The notes beneath the pieces are model-generated. The model saw only the letters and a list, made by a program, of their open reading frames with translations. It did not search any database and was not told the origin of the DNA. Below are positions 36,443-46,604 of a DNA stretch of 64,000 nucleotides, piece after piece (within the stretch, counting starts at the first letter, position 1; each line of letters opens with the position of its first letter). The translations under genes and the position numbers were made by a program. This DNA comes from a virus (taxonomy: Duplodnaviria > Caudoviricetes), in the IMG/VR virus record IMGVR_UViG_2529293058_000001, positions 3,835 to 67,834 of that record; one strand, written 5' to 3'.

Positions 36443-37978
36443 ATGGCAGAAGAATTTGAAATAATCAGGGCTAATTTGCTTCCGGCAGCCGGAACAATAA
36501 CCGATAATGATATGATCCTGATCATTCAGGGTGGGAGACCTAAGCGTGCTTTGCCCTCTGCAATGAAAGGTAAACAGGGCGATCCCGGCCTTAGTGCGTT
36601 TTTAGGGATAAACGATAAATACATCCTTTGGAAACAAGGAGCTAATGGTGCTTGGCAGAATCTGTTGGAAATTGAAAAAATTCGTGGGCCGAAAGGAGAG
36701 AAGCCGGTTTTTCGAAAGTTGAACGGTACGCTTCAAATGAAATACGAAGGTGAGCCGGATAGTGCATACGTGGATATTTTCGACCGTGAAGAATTGAAAA
36801 TGAAGTTTTCCGATCTGACACCAGCAGAAGTGGATCAATTGAAACTGCATTTTTCTGATCTGACAGAGACTGATAAGGCCGAACTTATGAAGCCGGCAAC
36901 GGATGCGGCAAAAGAGGTTCGTGAACAGATGTCCCAAATTAAGGAGGAAGCTAATACTGCTATATCGAATGTAAACACCGCAAAAGTGAGCGCAGAGGCG
37001 GCAACCAAGGCTGCAAATGATGCCGCAGCTTTAGCAAATGCCGCAGCTGGTCAAGCAACTCAATCTGCCGGAGATGCTGATGCAGCGACCAAATTGGCTG
37101 TTGCTGCCACTGCATTGGCGGAGGAAAAAGCCGGTATAGCCAATACCGCAGCCGAGAATGCCGATACCGCAGCAGCTTCAGCCAATATGGCAAAGGAAGA
37201 AGCAGATAAAGCAACTGTTGAAGCCAATATAGCCGCAGGAAAGGCCAATGATACCGCAGGAAAGGCTGACACGGCAACATTAAATGCCAATACCGCAACG
37301 GATAAAGCGAATGAAGCAGCATCCTCGGCTACAACTGCCGCCGAAAATGCTAATGCGGTTGTAGAGCGTGCGGATGATACCATAGCTTCTGCCGAGACTG
37401 CTACAAAATCGGCGACGGATGCAGCTTTGGCCGCAAACACGGCAAAAGAAAATGCAGACAAGGCGGCAAATACAGCCAATGTTGCCGCTACTCAGGCCAA
37501 TGAAAAGGCAGGACTGGCGGATACGGCTGCTTTGGCTGCTAATACAGCAAAGGAAGATGCCATAGTCGCAACCGGCGAGGCCAACACAGCCGCCGACCGC
37601 GCCAATCGTGCAGCCGAAGCCGCCGAAGGAGTCATCAGTGGACTACAACCCGACTGGAACGTTACCGATCCTGTCAATAAGAACTACATCAAGAACAAAC
37701 CGGAGATCCCGACGTTGGAGGCTATCCCGGACGAAAATACATTGAGCTATGTCAATACCGACGGTACAACCATCAATTTTCGTATCGGTGATGATGTGCG
37801 TGTAGCGGAAGATGGCGAATATGTATTCTACCGGCTTTATGATCTTGCCGGGGGAAAAGCCTCGTGGCAGGAATCCGGCAGCGGTACAGCCTTGCCTGGT
37901 AATGTTTATCTGACAGGAGCCAATTATTACAATGAATCAGTACGAACCATCAAACAAGGATATTTAAGCAATGAGTAA
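36443..37978 (+). CDS. Tail fibre-like protein with Ala/Asn/Thr-rich coiled-coil repeats
   Basis: About 240 aa of AxxAAxxAN repeats, then QPDWNVTDP..YIKNKP. Confidence 0.75.
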   Translation: MAEEFEIIRANLLPAAGTITDNDMILIIQGGRPKRALPSAMKGKQGDPGLSAFLGINDKYILWKQGANGAWQNLLEIEKIRGPKGEKPVFRKLNGTLQMKYEGEPDSAYVDIFDREELKMKFSDLTPAEVDQLKLHFSDLTETDKAELMKPATDAAKEVREQMSQIKEEANTAISNVNTAKVSAEAATKAANDAAALANAAAGQATQSAGDADAATKLAVAATALAEEKAGIANTAAENADTAAASANMAKEEADKATVEANIAAGKANDTAGKADTATLNANTATDKANEAASSATTAAENANAVVERADDTIASAETATKSATDAALAANTAKENADKAANTANVAATQANEKAGLADTAALAANTAKEDAIVATGEANTAADRANRAAEAAEGVISGLQPDWNVTDPVNKNYIKNKPEIPTLEAIPDENTLSYVNTDGTTINFRIGDDVRVAEDGEYVFYRLYDLAGGKASWQESGSGTALPGNVYLTGANYYNESVRTIKQGYLSNE

Positions 37979-38954
37979 GAAAGGAGCATTTATTTATCAA
38001 CAGATCGAACTGACGACGGCTGAATGGGCAATCAATACGACGGTCTATCCGGCATCGGTGTGGCTGTTCGAACGGTTGGATAATGGCAAGTTCAACATGA
38101 AGCTGGCTGATGGAGCGCATACGTTTGCAGATCTTCCAGCTGTTTTGCAGGACATGCAGGTCAGTGTCAAAACCAATAACGAAACGACATATATCCTCCA
38201 GATAACGACCGCAGCCGGAACATTCGACACACCGAACCTTAAAGGTGCAAAAGGTGATAAGGGAGACAAGGGCGAAACAGGCGCAAAGGGTGAAACCGGA
38301 GCCAAAGGAGAACAGGGTTTGCAGGGTGTCCCCGGTCCTCAAGGCGAACGGGGCGAACAAGGTCCCCAAGGAGAAACAGGCGCACAGGGTCCGAAGGGCG
38401 AACGAGGCGAACAAGGTCCGCAGGGCTTGCAGGGCGAGAAAGGCGAAACGGGTCCACAGGGCGAACAGGGTCTGCAGGGCATACAGGGCGTTCCCGGCAA
38501 GGATGGGGCAATCACTGTAGATGCTCCGTCCGACACATCTGCGTATGGCAGGAAAGCCGGTGGATGGGTGAAAGTCGTTGAAGCTGTAACGGGAAAAGGT
38601 CTGTCAACCAATGACTACAGCAACGAAGAGAAAACAAAGGTATCCGATTCCTTGCGGCTCAAAGAGTATGTCGATGTTAGTTCTTTGTCATCGCTTCCCT
38701 CTTCGCCCTACAACCTGCGTTTTGCCTATTCGAGTACATCTGTGCAGGCGATCAACTTTGCGAATATAGGAAGCGTTCCTGAGATGCAGGAGTTTTATCT
38801 GTCCATTAAGAACAACACCGGATCAACGATTAACCAACCGATCCCAAACGGTTCGGGCTGGCAATCGGAGGAAACAAGCGTTGAACTGCCAGCTGGTAAA
38901 GCCACAGGGGTATCGCTGAAAAAAGAACATGGGATAATTGTCGTGAGAGTATAA
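37971..38954 (+). CDS. Collagen-like tail fibre protein
   Basis: Long Gly-X-Y run (about 38240-38500). Confidence 0.85.
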   Translation: MSKKGAFIYQQIELTTAEWAINTTVYPASVWLFERLDNGKFNMKLADGAHTFADLPAVLQDMQVSVKTNNETTYILQITTAAGTFDTPNLKGAKGDKGDKGETGAKGETGAKGEQGLQGVPGPQGERGEQGPQGETGAQGPKGERGEQGPQGLQGEKGETGPQGEQGLQGIQGVPGKDGAITVDAPSDTSAYGRKAGGWVKVVEAVTGKGLSTNDYSNEEKTKVSDSLRLKEYVDVSSLSSLPSSPYNLRFAYSSTSVQAINFANIGSVPEMQEFYLSIKNNTGSTINQPIPNGSGWQSEETSVELPAGKATGVSLKKEHGIIVVRV

Positions 38955-38974
38955 TGAAAGGAGGTGAAAGATGA
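38954..38974 (+). other. 6-codon bridging mini-ORF MKGGER
   Basis: Start overlaps the upstream stop (TAATG), stop overlaps the downstream start (ATGA), and it contains AAAGGAGG. Confidence 0.55.
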
Positions 38975-39633
38975 AGAGACGGGTGATGACGGGAAAAGAT
39001 ACCGAATCCGATTTTTCCAATCAGTGGAATGCTAAGTATTACTTTCCATTGAACGGTGATTCGTATGAATGTGTCAATGGGGTATTAGGCGAGCTGAAAA
39101 ACAATGTACAATGGAAAGACGATAGCATTTTTACAGGAAATAAATCTGCGTATTTTATAAACGATTCTGGAATTAGGATACCGACAACGGGATATGTAAA
39201 GAAAAACGCATATAGTATTTCCCTGTGGGCTAAAAAGTATAACGAATCAGTAGACCGATACGGAGGAATTATAGTAAGCCGAATAAAAGACGGAGAAGGA
39301 TATGGACTTGAAATGAGGTATAAAAACATTCAAAATATTAATGATGGAATTAATATTACAACCAATAAATTCAATGTTTGGTGTCATTATGTGGTAACTT
39401 ACGATAATAACACGATGAGTGTTTACGAAAATGCTACACTTGTTAAGACAATAAATGATCCATTCTACGAAGGTTCTCACTTCTACATAGGTCTGGATGA
39501 TATATTTTTCACATCAGTAACCGAACGATCATATAATGGACTTATATGTGAAGTCTCCATATTTGAACGCATATTATCCAGAAGTGAGATAAATCAATTA
39601 TACAATGGCGGTAAAGGATTAAAATTAAATTGA
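38971..39633 (+). CDS. LamG/ConA-like lectin-domain protein (candidate adhesin)
   Basis: YFPLNG, SISLWAK, WCHYVVTY and GLICEVSIFERILS..EI..LY motifs. Confidence 0.85.
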   Translation: MKRRVMTGKDTESDFSNQWNAKYYFPLNGDSYECVNGVLGELKNNVQWKDDSIFTGNKSAYFINDSGIRIPTTGYVKKNAYSISLWAKKYNESVDRYGGIIVSRIKDGEGYGLEMRYKNIQNINDGINITTNKFNVWCHYVVTYDNNTMSVYENATLVKTINDPFYEGSHFYIGLDDIFFTSVTERSYNGLICEVSIFERILSRSEINQLYNGGKGLKLN

Positions 39634-40655
39634 TTATGCTATACATCCAAAAAGAAATCCAATTCTGGGAGACCGACGCTCCCCTTCCTGACTCCTACAA
39701 GGTAGGCACAATGGAAGAAGAATATAACGACGGCGCATATCTCTTGTTAGACGCCGAACAGGAACAGTTCCACACCGACCATCCGGAGGCAAGTTCGCTG
39801 GAATGTTGGCGGAAGGAACTCACTCCGGAACCCGAACCGGCACCGGAAGAAAAGCTCTGGCGTGCCCGTGATGCCAAACGGCAGGAAATCTACGACAAAG
39901 ACATCCATCATTATTATATTGATAAACAGGACGCATATGTCTCGAACACCCTGCAAGTGAAGGATAAGTGTGGCCGGCAGGAAGAAGTCGAAGTAGGCGG
40001 TCATCTGTACGCCTCGAATATCTTAACGGTTGCTCTTGACGAAATAGCGGACTATTCGGAGCAGTGCGCCAAGGTGACAGACGGCTTGCTATCCCGTATC
40101 GATGCCGCCCAAACAGCCGAGGAGGTCGAAGCTATCGTGGTGAAAGGCTATCCTGAAATGATCCATACAACAACGGCAGCCTTGCAAACTAAAGCAGATA
40201 AGGCAATCGCTAAATCCCCGGAAGCGCAGGCAGTGACCTTTGCCCGTGCGATGATGAACAGCGTGTCTCTCACAGCCAGCCAAGCGTTGGAGATGCAGGT
40301 CTTATTCCCCATTTGGGGTGAGAAAGATGCGGAGTTTGGCAAGGAAGTTGAAATAGGCTTCCGGCTTCGAGTAGTGGAAGGAGAAAGCGACACTTTGTTT
40401 GAAGTGATACAAAAGCACAAGCTGCAAGCCGATTGGAAACCGGGCATAGAAACTGCTTCACTGTATAAGATCGTTGAAGCTGAGCACGCAGGCACGCTTG
40501 ATGATCCTATTCCATACGTGCAGGGTATGGCATTCGAGAAAGACAAATATTATGAACAATACGGTGTGATCTATCTCTGCATTCTGACAACCGTTACAGG
40601 TTATCCGAACGACTTGAAAGACTTGCCCACAATTGTACAGGAGGTAAAGCAATGA
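39630..40655 (+). CDS. Tail-associated protein with C-terminal carbohydrate-binding-like module
   Basis: FEVIQKHK..ADWKPG...SLY and PIPYVQGMAFEKDKYY, CBM-like. Confidence 0.6.
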   Translation: MIMLYIQKEIQFWETDAPLPDSYKVGTMEEEYNDGAYLLLDAEQEQFHTDHPEASSLECWRKELTPEPEPAPEEKLWRARDAKRQEIYDKDIHHYYIDKQDAYVSNTLQVKDKCGRQEEVEVGGHLYASNILTVALDEIADYSEQCAKVTDGLLSRIDAAQTAEEVEAIVVKGYPEMIHTTTAALQTKADKAIAKSPEAQAVTFARAMMNSVSLTASQALEMQVLFPIWGEKDAEFGKEVEIGFRLRVVEGESDTLFEVIQKHKLQADWKPGIETASLYKIVEAEHAGTLDDPIPYVQGMAFEKDKYYEQYGVIYLCILTTVTGYPNDLKDLPTIVQEVKQ

Positions 40656-40752
40656 AACAGGTTATGTTATTAAAAGTTAAACGGGGGGGGGTAAATACTC
40701 TCTAAATAAAGAAGTTACGACCTTTTATCGTAAGAAAGGAGGGCGTAGATGA
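40652..40752 (+). promoter_or_regulatory. Poly-G leader ORF 1 (G9, out of frame here)
   Basis: With G9 (40683-91) it stops at 40703-05. With G10 or G7 it reads to TGA 40750-52, overlapping ATG 40749. Confidence 0.7.
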
Positions 40753-41495
40753 GACGGTCGATGATGGGACGGAAGAAGTTGCAGTTGTTCACCAAGAGGT
40801 TCTATCCTGCCGGGAATTATACCTGGATCGTACCTAAAGGATGTAGGGAGGTTGATGTGTTTCTTGTTGGAGCCGGTGGAGGATGTTCACATAATTCAGG
40901 ATTAGGAGTTCCTGGAGGCGGTGGAGGTGGCTATACTAAAACATATAAGAAGGATACCGCTGGATATAGAGATGGCAACGCGATAACTGTTACACCAGGA
41001 CAAACTATTGAAATTATAGTTGGTGCAGGAGTTCGTGGCGCAAATGGGGGATATTCACAGTTTATGAGTTCGCTTTACCGGGCTGAAGGAGGCCATCTGT
41101 CTCAATGGAATGGAGACGGAAATGGTGGTTCGGGAGGTGTAGGGGTAGGTAGATCTACTCATTCGGTCGGAGGCTCAGATGGTACAGGCAGTGGTGGAAC
41201 ATCGGGGCAAGGACATACGACGCGTGATTTTGGGGAATCTAATGGTAAAAGGAATGCAGCAGGTGGGGCAAGCTCCTATAATAAATCAGGCGGGGAGACG
41301 TCTCAGCCGGGAACATCAGATTATACAGAAGGGAGTGGCGAAGGCAGTAATGAAAGTAGTTCTTTGGCTTCTGGCTGGAGTGCCGGACTTGGTGGTGGCG
41401 GCTACGGTGGTGGAGCTGGGGGAAATGCATCGGGAAAATCGACGAAAGGTGGCGATGGCACTGTCCTGATCCGCTATTGGGCTTACGAAGAATGA
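40749..41495 (+). CDS. Glycine-rich-domain tail adhesin-like protein
   Basis: YTWIVPKG...VFLVGAGGG...GGGGGY and GGDGTVLIRY motifs. Confidence 0.75.
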   Translation: MRRSMMGRKKLQLFTKRFYPAGNYTWIVPKGCREVDVFLVGAGGGCSHNSGLGVPGGGGGGYTKTYKKDTAGYRDGNAITVTPGQTIEIIVGAGVRGANGGYSQFMSSLYRAEGGHLSQWNGDGNGGSGGVGVGRSTHSVGGSDGTGSGGTSGQGHTTRDFGESNGKRNAAGGASSYNKSGGETSQPGTSDYTEGSGEGSNESSSLASGWSAGLGGGGYGGGAGGNASGKSTKGGDGTVLIRYWAYEE

Positions 41496-41553
41496 TCTGC
41501 CGTTGAAAAAGATGAAACAGGATATTAACGACTAAAAAATAGGAGATAAAGTC

Positions 41554-41652
41554 ATGAGAAATAATTGTTTACAAATGTTAATGGGGGGGGGGGGTAAACA
41601 CCTCTTAACTCAAGTATCTGACCGACTTTCGGTGGAAAGGAGGTTGGTATGA
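41554..41652 (+). promoter_or_regulatory. Poly-G leader ORF 2 (G12, in frame here)
   Basis: MRNNCLQMLMGGGGKHLLTQVSDRLSVERRLV; its TGA 41650-52 overlaps ATG 41649. Confidence 0.7.
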
Positions 41653-42284
41653 TAAGATCGATGATGGGACGGAAGAAAGTAGACAAGAATACTTTGCTGT
41701 TGCTACATTTTGATGGATCATTGAAAGATGAAGTCTCAGGCAAGCCTTATGTTGGTAGTAATATGTCCTATGTAGTGGGAAAATTCAAGAATTGCGTTTC
41801 GTTTTCAGGAAACGGGTATGTAAAGATAAGTGGAACGAATGCCATAAACGAGTCCCTATATCCAAACTATACCGTCGATTTTTGGATTAAACTGAAAAGT
41901 GGTGTGAAAAACGGTATAATGTCAAAAGGCGTTGCTTATGGAAGTTACAGCTTTGATATAATGGAGGAATCTGACGGACGCATTTTCTTTGGATTGCAGT
42001 ATGGTGGAACCCGAGGGGATGCAATATGCTATTTTACGATGCCACGGGATCAGTGGGTTCATCTTGCGATCGTCAGGTCACAATCTCGATATTGGAAAGT
42101 GTATGTAAATGGAGTGTATGCGTCTGGTTTCACATCAACGATGGTTTCAGGGTACTATAGTTCTTTAATGATCGGAAAATATCGAGATTATGGATTGTAT
42201 CTGAACGGTATGATTGACGAGTTTCGCATCAGTAATATTGCCCGTTGGACATCAAACTTCACTCCGCCTGCAAGGCCGTATTAA
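41649..42284 (+). CDS. LamG-like lectin-domain protein (candidate adhesin)
   Basis: TLLLLHFDG, YTVDFWIK, WVHLAIVR and LNGMIDEFRISNIARWTSNFTPP motifs. Confidence 0.85.
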   Translation: MIRSMMGRKKVDKNTLLLLHFDGSLKDEVSGKPYVGSNMSYVVGKFKNCVSFSGNGYVKISGTNAINESLYPNYTVDFWIKLKSGVKNGIMSKGVAYGSYSFDIMEESDGRIFFGLQYGGTRGDAICYFTMPRDQWVHLAIVRSQSRYWKVYVNGVYASGFTSTMVSGYYSSLMIGKYRDYGLYLNGMIDEFRISNIARWTSNFTPPARPY

Positions 42285-42524
42285 TAAATTAGTGACACTG
42301 TCTTTGGGCTGTCACAGCAGAAAGACAGCAAATGTATATTCAGAAAAAATTATTGATAATCGCCAACCCCAGGTTGGGTATTTTCTTTTAAAACAAATGG
42401 AGATATAAAATGTTCGGTGGCGAAAGAATAATAAAACAGCCTCCAGGCTATCACAGATTGGAGGCTGTAAAAAAAGAAAATTAGGGGACCGAGGGTCTCC
42501 GGAAACAAAGTTAAACAATAAAGT

Positions 42525-43049
42525 TTGAAAATCATGTTATTATTAATTATTTCTTTTTTGGTTATCGCAGTTTATACGGCAGCAGTTTGTATAAAGGCAA
42601 AAGGTGTACCGTACTCAATTAGTGCGACGTATTATACTCTTGATCATAAATTGATCTTTGGAGCAAGCATGGCACTGACGGCTATGTTCCTATTCCCGGT
42701 CATTTGGGAAATGAGTACAACCTTTACTATGCGGTTGCTGGCGATCGCAGCCTGTATCGGTTTGATTGGTGTCGGTTTGGCTCCTGATTTCAAAGACACT
42801 TGGATAAACCGCATTCATTGTGGATCGGCGGCATTGACGTTGCTTTCTTCTCAGCTATGGGTTGGCTGCACGTCTTTCTGGTGGGTTCTTATTCCGGTGT
42901 GGCTGGCTTTTATCGTTTACACGGTAATAGGCATGAGTAAACGGTTGAGTGGTAATATATGGCAGGACTTTGTATCAACGAAGCCGATGTTCTGGTGTGA
43001 GATTGCAGCGTTGTCTACGACTTTTGGCGCGTGTGGACTTGCGCTTTAG
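42525..43049 (+). CDS. Multi-pass membrane protein
   Basis: About five hydrophobic helices; GVPYSISATYY motif. Confidence 0.75.
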   Translation: MKIMLLLIISFLVIAVYTAAVCIKAKGVPYSISATYYTLDHKLIFGASMALTAMFLFPVIWEMSTTFTMRLLAIAACIGLIGVGLAPDFKDTWINRIHCGSAALTLLSSQLWVGCTSFWWVLIPVWLAFIVYTVIGMSKRLSGNIWQDFVSTKPMFWCEIAALSTTFGACGLAL

Positions 43050-43166
43050 AAATCTACCATAAACAGAACATCTACCTTATATATTAAAACACGACAACCG
43101 GTAAAATGTCATATATCCGGTTGCCGTGTTTTTTATTGCCTAAAAATAAGTAGGTTATTTAGCAGT

Positions 43167-46127
43167 ATGGAAATAAAGCGCGGAAATACGGTAGTTTGTG
43201 ATGTTTATTTGAAGGATAACAGTTATACGGTCGAAGAGATCATGGGTGAGGACACTCTTACCCTGAATTTTCTTTCCCGCAATGTGGTAAACCTTCAGAT
43301 CAACGACTATATAGACTTTGAAGGGACAAAATACAAGGTCCGGCATAACGAGAAGGTGACGAAAAGGGAGACATCTCTTGGTTGGGAATATACCGTTCAG
43401 TTCTATTCAAGTCGGTATGATCTTTTGGATGCAGAGTTTTTCCTTCATGGTACACCGGAGCGGAAAAAGAACTTCGACTATTACACCGGTACCGCCCGTG
43501 ACTGGCTAACCCTATTTGTCAAAAACATGAACCGTACAGGATCTGGTTGGGTGGCCGGATCCTGTATCGAATCCCGGATGATTACCCTTTCTTTCAAAGA
43601 TAAGAAAGTCGGGACGGTACTTGACGAACTCATTAAAGAATTGGATACGGAATACTGGATATCCGGCCAGACAATAAATATCGGCAGGAGGGAGTATTCA
43701 AGCAACGGCCTTGTCTTGGCACAGGGCGAAGGAATGGGTTTTACCGAACTGGAAGTGTCTGCTGTTGATGATACGCCACCTGTGACGGTTTTTTATCCAT
43801 ACGGTTCAGATAAGAATCTCGGTCCCGATTATGGTGCTGATTATCTTCTTCTGCCTGATGGCCGGTTCTCTATCGAAAAGAATGTAGAGAAGTACGGCCG
43901 GATAGAAAAGTCCATGCAATTCGACCATATCTTTCCGAAAGGAGAGTTTGCCGTAACAGAAAAGATCGACGATTACACTCTGAGAGCTGCCGGTATGGAT
44001 TTCAATCTTACCGATTGCCTGTTGGACGGGGTGGAAGTGATCGTTACATTCCAGGATGGCGGCTTGGCTGGCTATGACCTTGCAATCGTTGAAGACAGTT
44101 GGGACAATGACTTGAAACAGTTCAAACTAAAGCAGAATGACCAGGAAAACGCCTTGAAAGTTCCCGGTGACATTAATTTTTCTGTCGGTGACAAGTTTAT
44201 CCTTACCGGCCTGAAAATGCCGCAAAGCTATAGGGATAACGCTTCATTACAGCTACAGGAAGAGGCGCAAGCATGGTTGGATGGCAAGTGTGAGAAACGC
44301 ATCCAGTTACGAGGAAAATGTGATGAAATTGTTTTTCGTTTGCAAAACATCTTTATCGCCTGTGGCCAGATGGTTGGCGTATATTCTGAACAGTTGGATA
44401 TCGATCGAGAGATTCGTGTTACCAAAATAAAAAGGTATATCGAGAAAGACGGTACACCTTCATACCGGTATGAACTTACCTTGTCCGATTTCCTTGAATC
44501 GAATGGTTTTAAGGATCTGGTGGATGATGTGAATAAAGTGCCGGAAGAGATTGAGGATGCGGTTAAGCCGGTTCGGGAACATACGAAACGTTCATGGCGG
44601 GACGTGATGGAAACTTTGGGCATGATGTTTGACCCGGAAGGAGATTATTTCACTGAACTTATCAAGCCGTTGGCCGTGCATACGGCTCAACTTATCGTCG
44701 GCACCAATTCCCAGCAGATGGAGCTTATAGGGATGAAGTTTATTCCGAATGCGGACAATGATGCCAACTATTTCAAGAATACGACAGGAAAGTTAGTACA
44801 CTTTACCGTTAGCGAGGAAATCCGTGAATGGGCTATTCCGGCGGCTTCTTTCCGGCTGAATAATTCGCTTGCCTATTATGTTTATGCCAAATGTCCAAAA
44901 GAAGGAACAAATGGCTCAATATATGTCAGTGAACGGCAGATAAAGTTAGAGGATGAAACAGGGTTCTATCATTTCTGGGTAGGGGTGCTCAATACTCCGG
45001 AGGATGGCGTACGCTCTTGGCTTCCGAATTATGGATACACTGAGATTGCCGGCCAGACGATCACGACAGGATTGATAAAGGACAAGTTAGCCCGATTGGT
45101 GATTGATCTGGTGAATGGGACTATAACCGGACCTGTGATATTCAAATCCGGAACATCCGGTTATAATAACATTTCCGACCGTCCTAACCTTCAACCGTTG
45201 TATGATGGGGTAAATGATGCCCTGACGGATGCAGAGAATGCGTCAAATGTAGCCAACAACGCCCAATTGACTGCAAATAATAAGGCAAGGGTATTTTATC
45301 AAACGACGGCTCCAACATCGGGTATGCGGACAAATGACTTATGGGTGGATGGGGAGAATATCTATAGATATAGCGGTTCTAAATGGGTTCTTGCCTCAAA
45401 GTATGACAATACAATAACAGAGATCAATGGCGGACTCATAACTACGGGTGCGATCGCTTTTGGAAGCACAGGTGGAATGTCGGCGTCTGGTACAATCCGT
45501 ATTTGGTCGGGAGGAACAGCCGGGGTGAAAGGGCAACCACCCACTGATCCGACATTTAGCGTTGATAGCTCAGGTAACGTGATTTCAAATGGGACTATTA
45601 CAGCAAATGATGCCATTTTATTAAGAAATGGACAAGCTGGGATTACAGGATATGGCACATCTAATAGTTCTATAAGATTTTGGGCTGGAGGTTTAGTTCC
45701 AGAAAGTGCAGATTTTAGAGTTGACCAAAGTGGAGATGTTAATGTTAGAATGTTAAATGCTATAAGTCTCAATGGAGGCACATCTAATTTTTCAAGCATT
45801 TATTTAACCGACAAATCGTGGAATAATAACTATGTTAATCTGTTTGCAGCAAGAGAAGCTCAAGGTATGGAAATTCAAAGAACTTATCAAGGTATTTTAG
45901 GTAATATCGGAAAATTTATTGTAATGAAATACAATCCTGATGCAACGGCTTATCGGGAAATAAGTTTTTTTGTCAGACATTTTAAATCTGATGCCTCATG
46001 GGTATTTAGGACTTGTGTAAAAGCAAGTTTCTTACCAACGTTAACCCAGATTAATGATTTAGATACATCTGGAACAAAATATAATGTAAAATGGGATAGT
46101 GCAACAGGTTTATTATATATAGAATAA
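43167..46127 (+). CDS. Minor tail / baseplate (Tal-like) protein with C-terminal receptor-binding region
   Basis: 986 aa; PYGSDKNL, YGRIEKS..FDHIFP and ARVFYQTTAP motifs. Confidence 0.8.
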   Translation: MEIKRGNTVVCDVYLKDNSYTVEEIMGEDTLTLNFLSRNVVNLQINDYIDFEGTKYKVRHNEKVTKRETSLGWEYTVQFYSSRYDLLDAEFFLHGTPERKKNFDYYTGTARDWLTLFVKNMNRTGSGWVAGSCIESRMITLSFKDKKVGTVLDELIKELDTEYWISGQTINIGRREYSSNGLVLAQGEGMGFTELEVSAVDDTPPVTVFYPYGSDKNLGPDYGADYLLLPDGRFSIEKNVEKYGRIEKSMQFDHIFPKGEFAVTEKIDDYTLRAAGMDFNLTDCLLDGVEVIVTFQDGGLAGYDLAIVEDSWDNDLKQFKLKQNDQENALKVPGDINFSVGDKFILTGLKMPQSYRDNASLQLQEEAQAWLDGKCEKRIQLRGKCDEIVFRLQNIFIACGQMVGVYSEQLDIDREIRVTKIKRYIEKDGTPSYRYELTLSDFLESNGFKDLVDDVNKVPEEIEDAVKPVREHTKRSWRDVMETLGMMFDPEGDYFTELIKPLAVHTAQLIVGTNSQQMELIGMKFIPNADNDANYFKNTTGKLVHFTVSEEIREWAIPAASFRLNNSLAYYVYAKCPKEGTNGSIYVSERQIKLEDETGFYHFWVGVLNTPEDGVRSWLPNYGYTEIAGQTITTGLIKDKLARLVIDLVNGTITGPVIFKSGTSGYNNISDRPNLQPLYDGVNDALTDAENASNVANNAQLTANNKARVFYQTTAPTSGMRTNDLWVDGENIYRYSGSKWVLASKYDNTITEINGGLITTGAIAFGSTGGMSASGTIRIWSGGTAGVKGQPPTDPTFSVDSSGNVISNGTITANDAILLRNGQAGITGYGTSNSSIRFWAGGLVPESADFRVDQSGDVNVRMLNAISLNGGTSNFSSIYLTDKSWNNNYVNLFAAREAQGMEIQRTYQGILGNIGKFIVMKYNPDATAYREISFFVRHFKSDASWVFRTCVKASFLPTLTQINDLDTSGTKYNVKWDSATGLLYIE

Positions 46128-46131
46128 GAAG

Positions 46132-46485
46132 ATGAATTTAACATTGAAAGACAGAGTATTAATACTCAACACCGTGTTACCACAGTTTGACACGAGAAAA
46201 AACATGGAACTGAAAGTATCGATAGACAGTAAGATAGCGATCTCGGAGGTTGATCAGAAGCGTATCGTTATCAAGGATATGGGGAGTGGTCAAATCAATA
46301 TCGGATTTACTGATGCAGCGGCCATAACAGAAACAACAGATATAGCTTTGACTGATGAAGAACTTCAATATCTCAAACAACGTGTTGACTTCATAGACCG
46401 CAATGGGATGTTCTCCGAATTCACGATGCCGACGTATGTCAAAATTTTGGATGAACCGCTAAAAGAGGGGCAACAGGCCGAATAA
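46132..46485 (+). CDS. Tail fibre chaperone-like hypothetical protein
   Basis: Position after the tail-tip gene. Confidence 0.5.
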   Translation: MNLTLKDRVLILNTVLPQFDTRKNMELKVSIDSKIAISEVDQKRIVIKDMGSGQINIGFTDAAAITETTDIALTDEELQYLKQRVDFIDRNGMFSEFTMPTYVKILDEPLKEGQQAE

Positions 46486-46604
46486 TATAAAAATCCGCCT
46501 CCCATCTATCACAGACTGGAGGCGAAGAAATAACAAACACTGCCTTATGGCAATGAAAAAACTCGTAACAAAGATGATCAAATAAAAACGGAAGGAGGTG
46601 TAAA

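Noticed and set aside
36960-38611. Long antisense ORFs and periodic repeats over the Ala-rich and collagen regions
   Set aside because: By-products of repetitive coding sequence; not arrays or real genes.
38954-42284. Invertible shufflon of adhesin cassettes
   Set aside because: The shared sequences are direct, not inverted, all cassettes are co-oriented, and no invertase is adjacent.
36443-46127. Diversity-generating retroelement acting on tail genes
   Set aside because: No reverse transcriptase and no TR/VR pair differing at adenines seen by eye.
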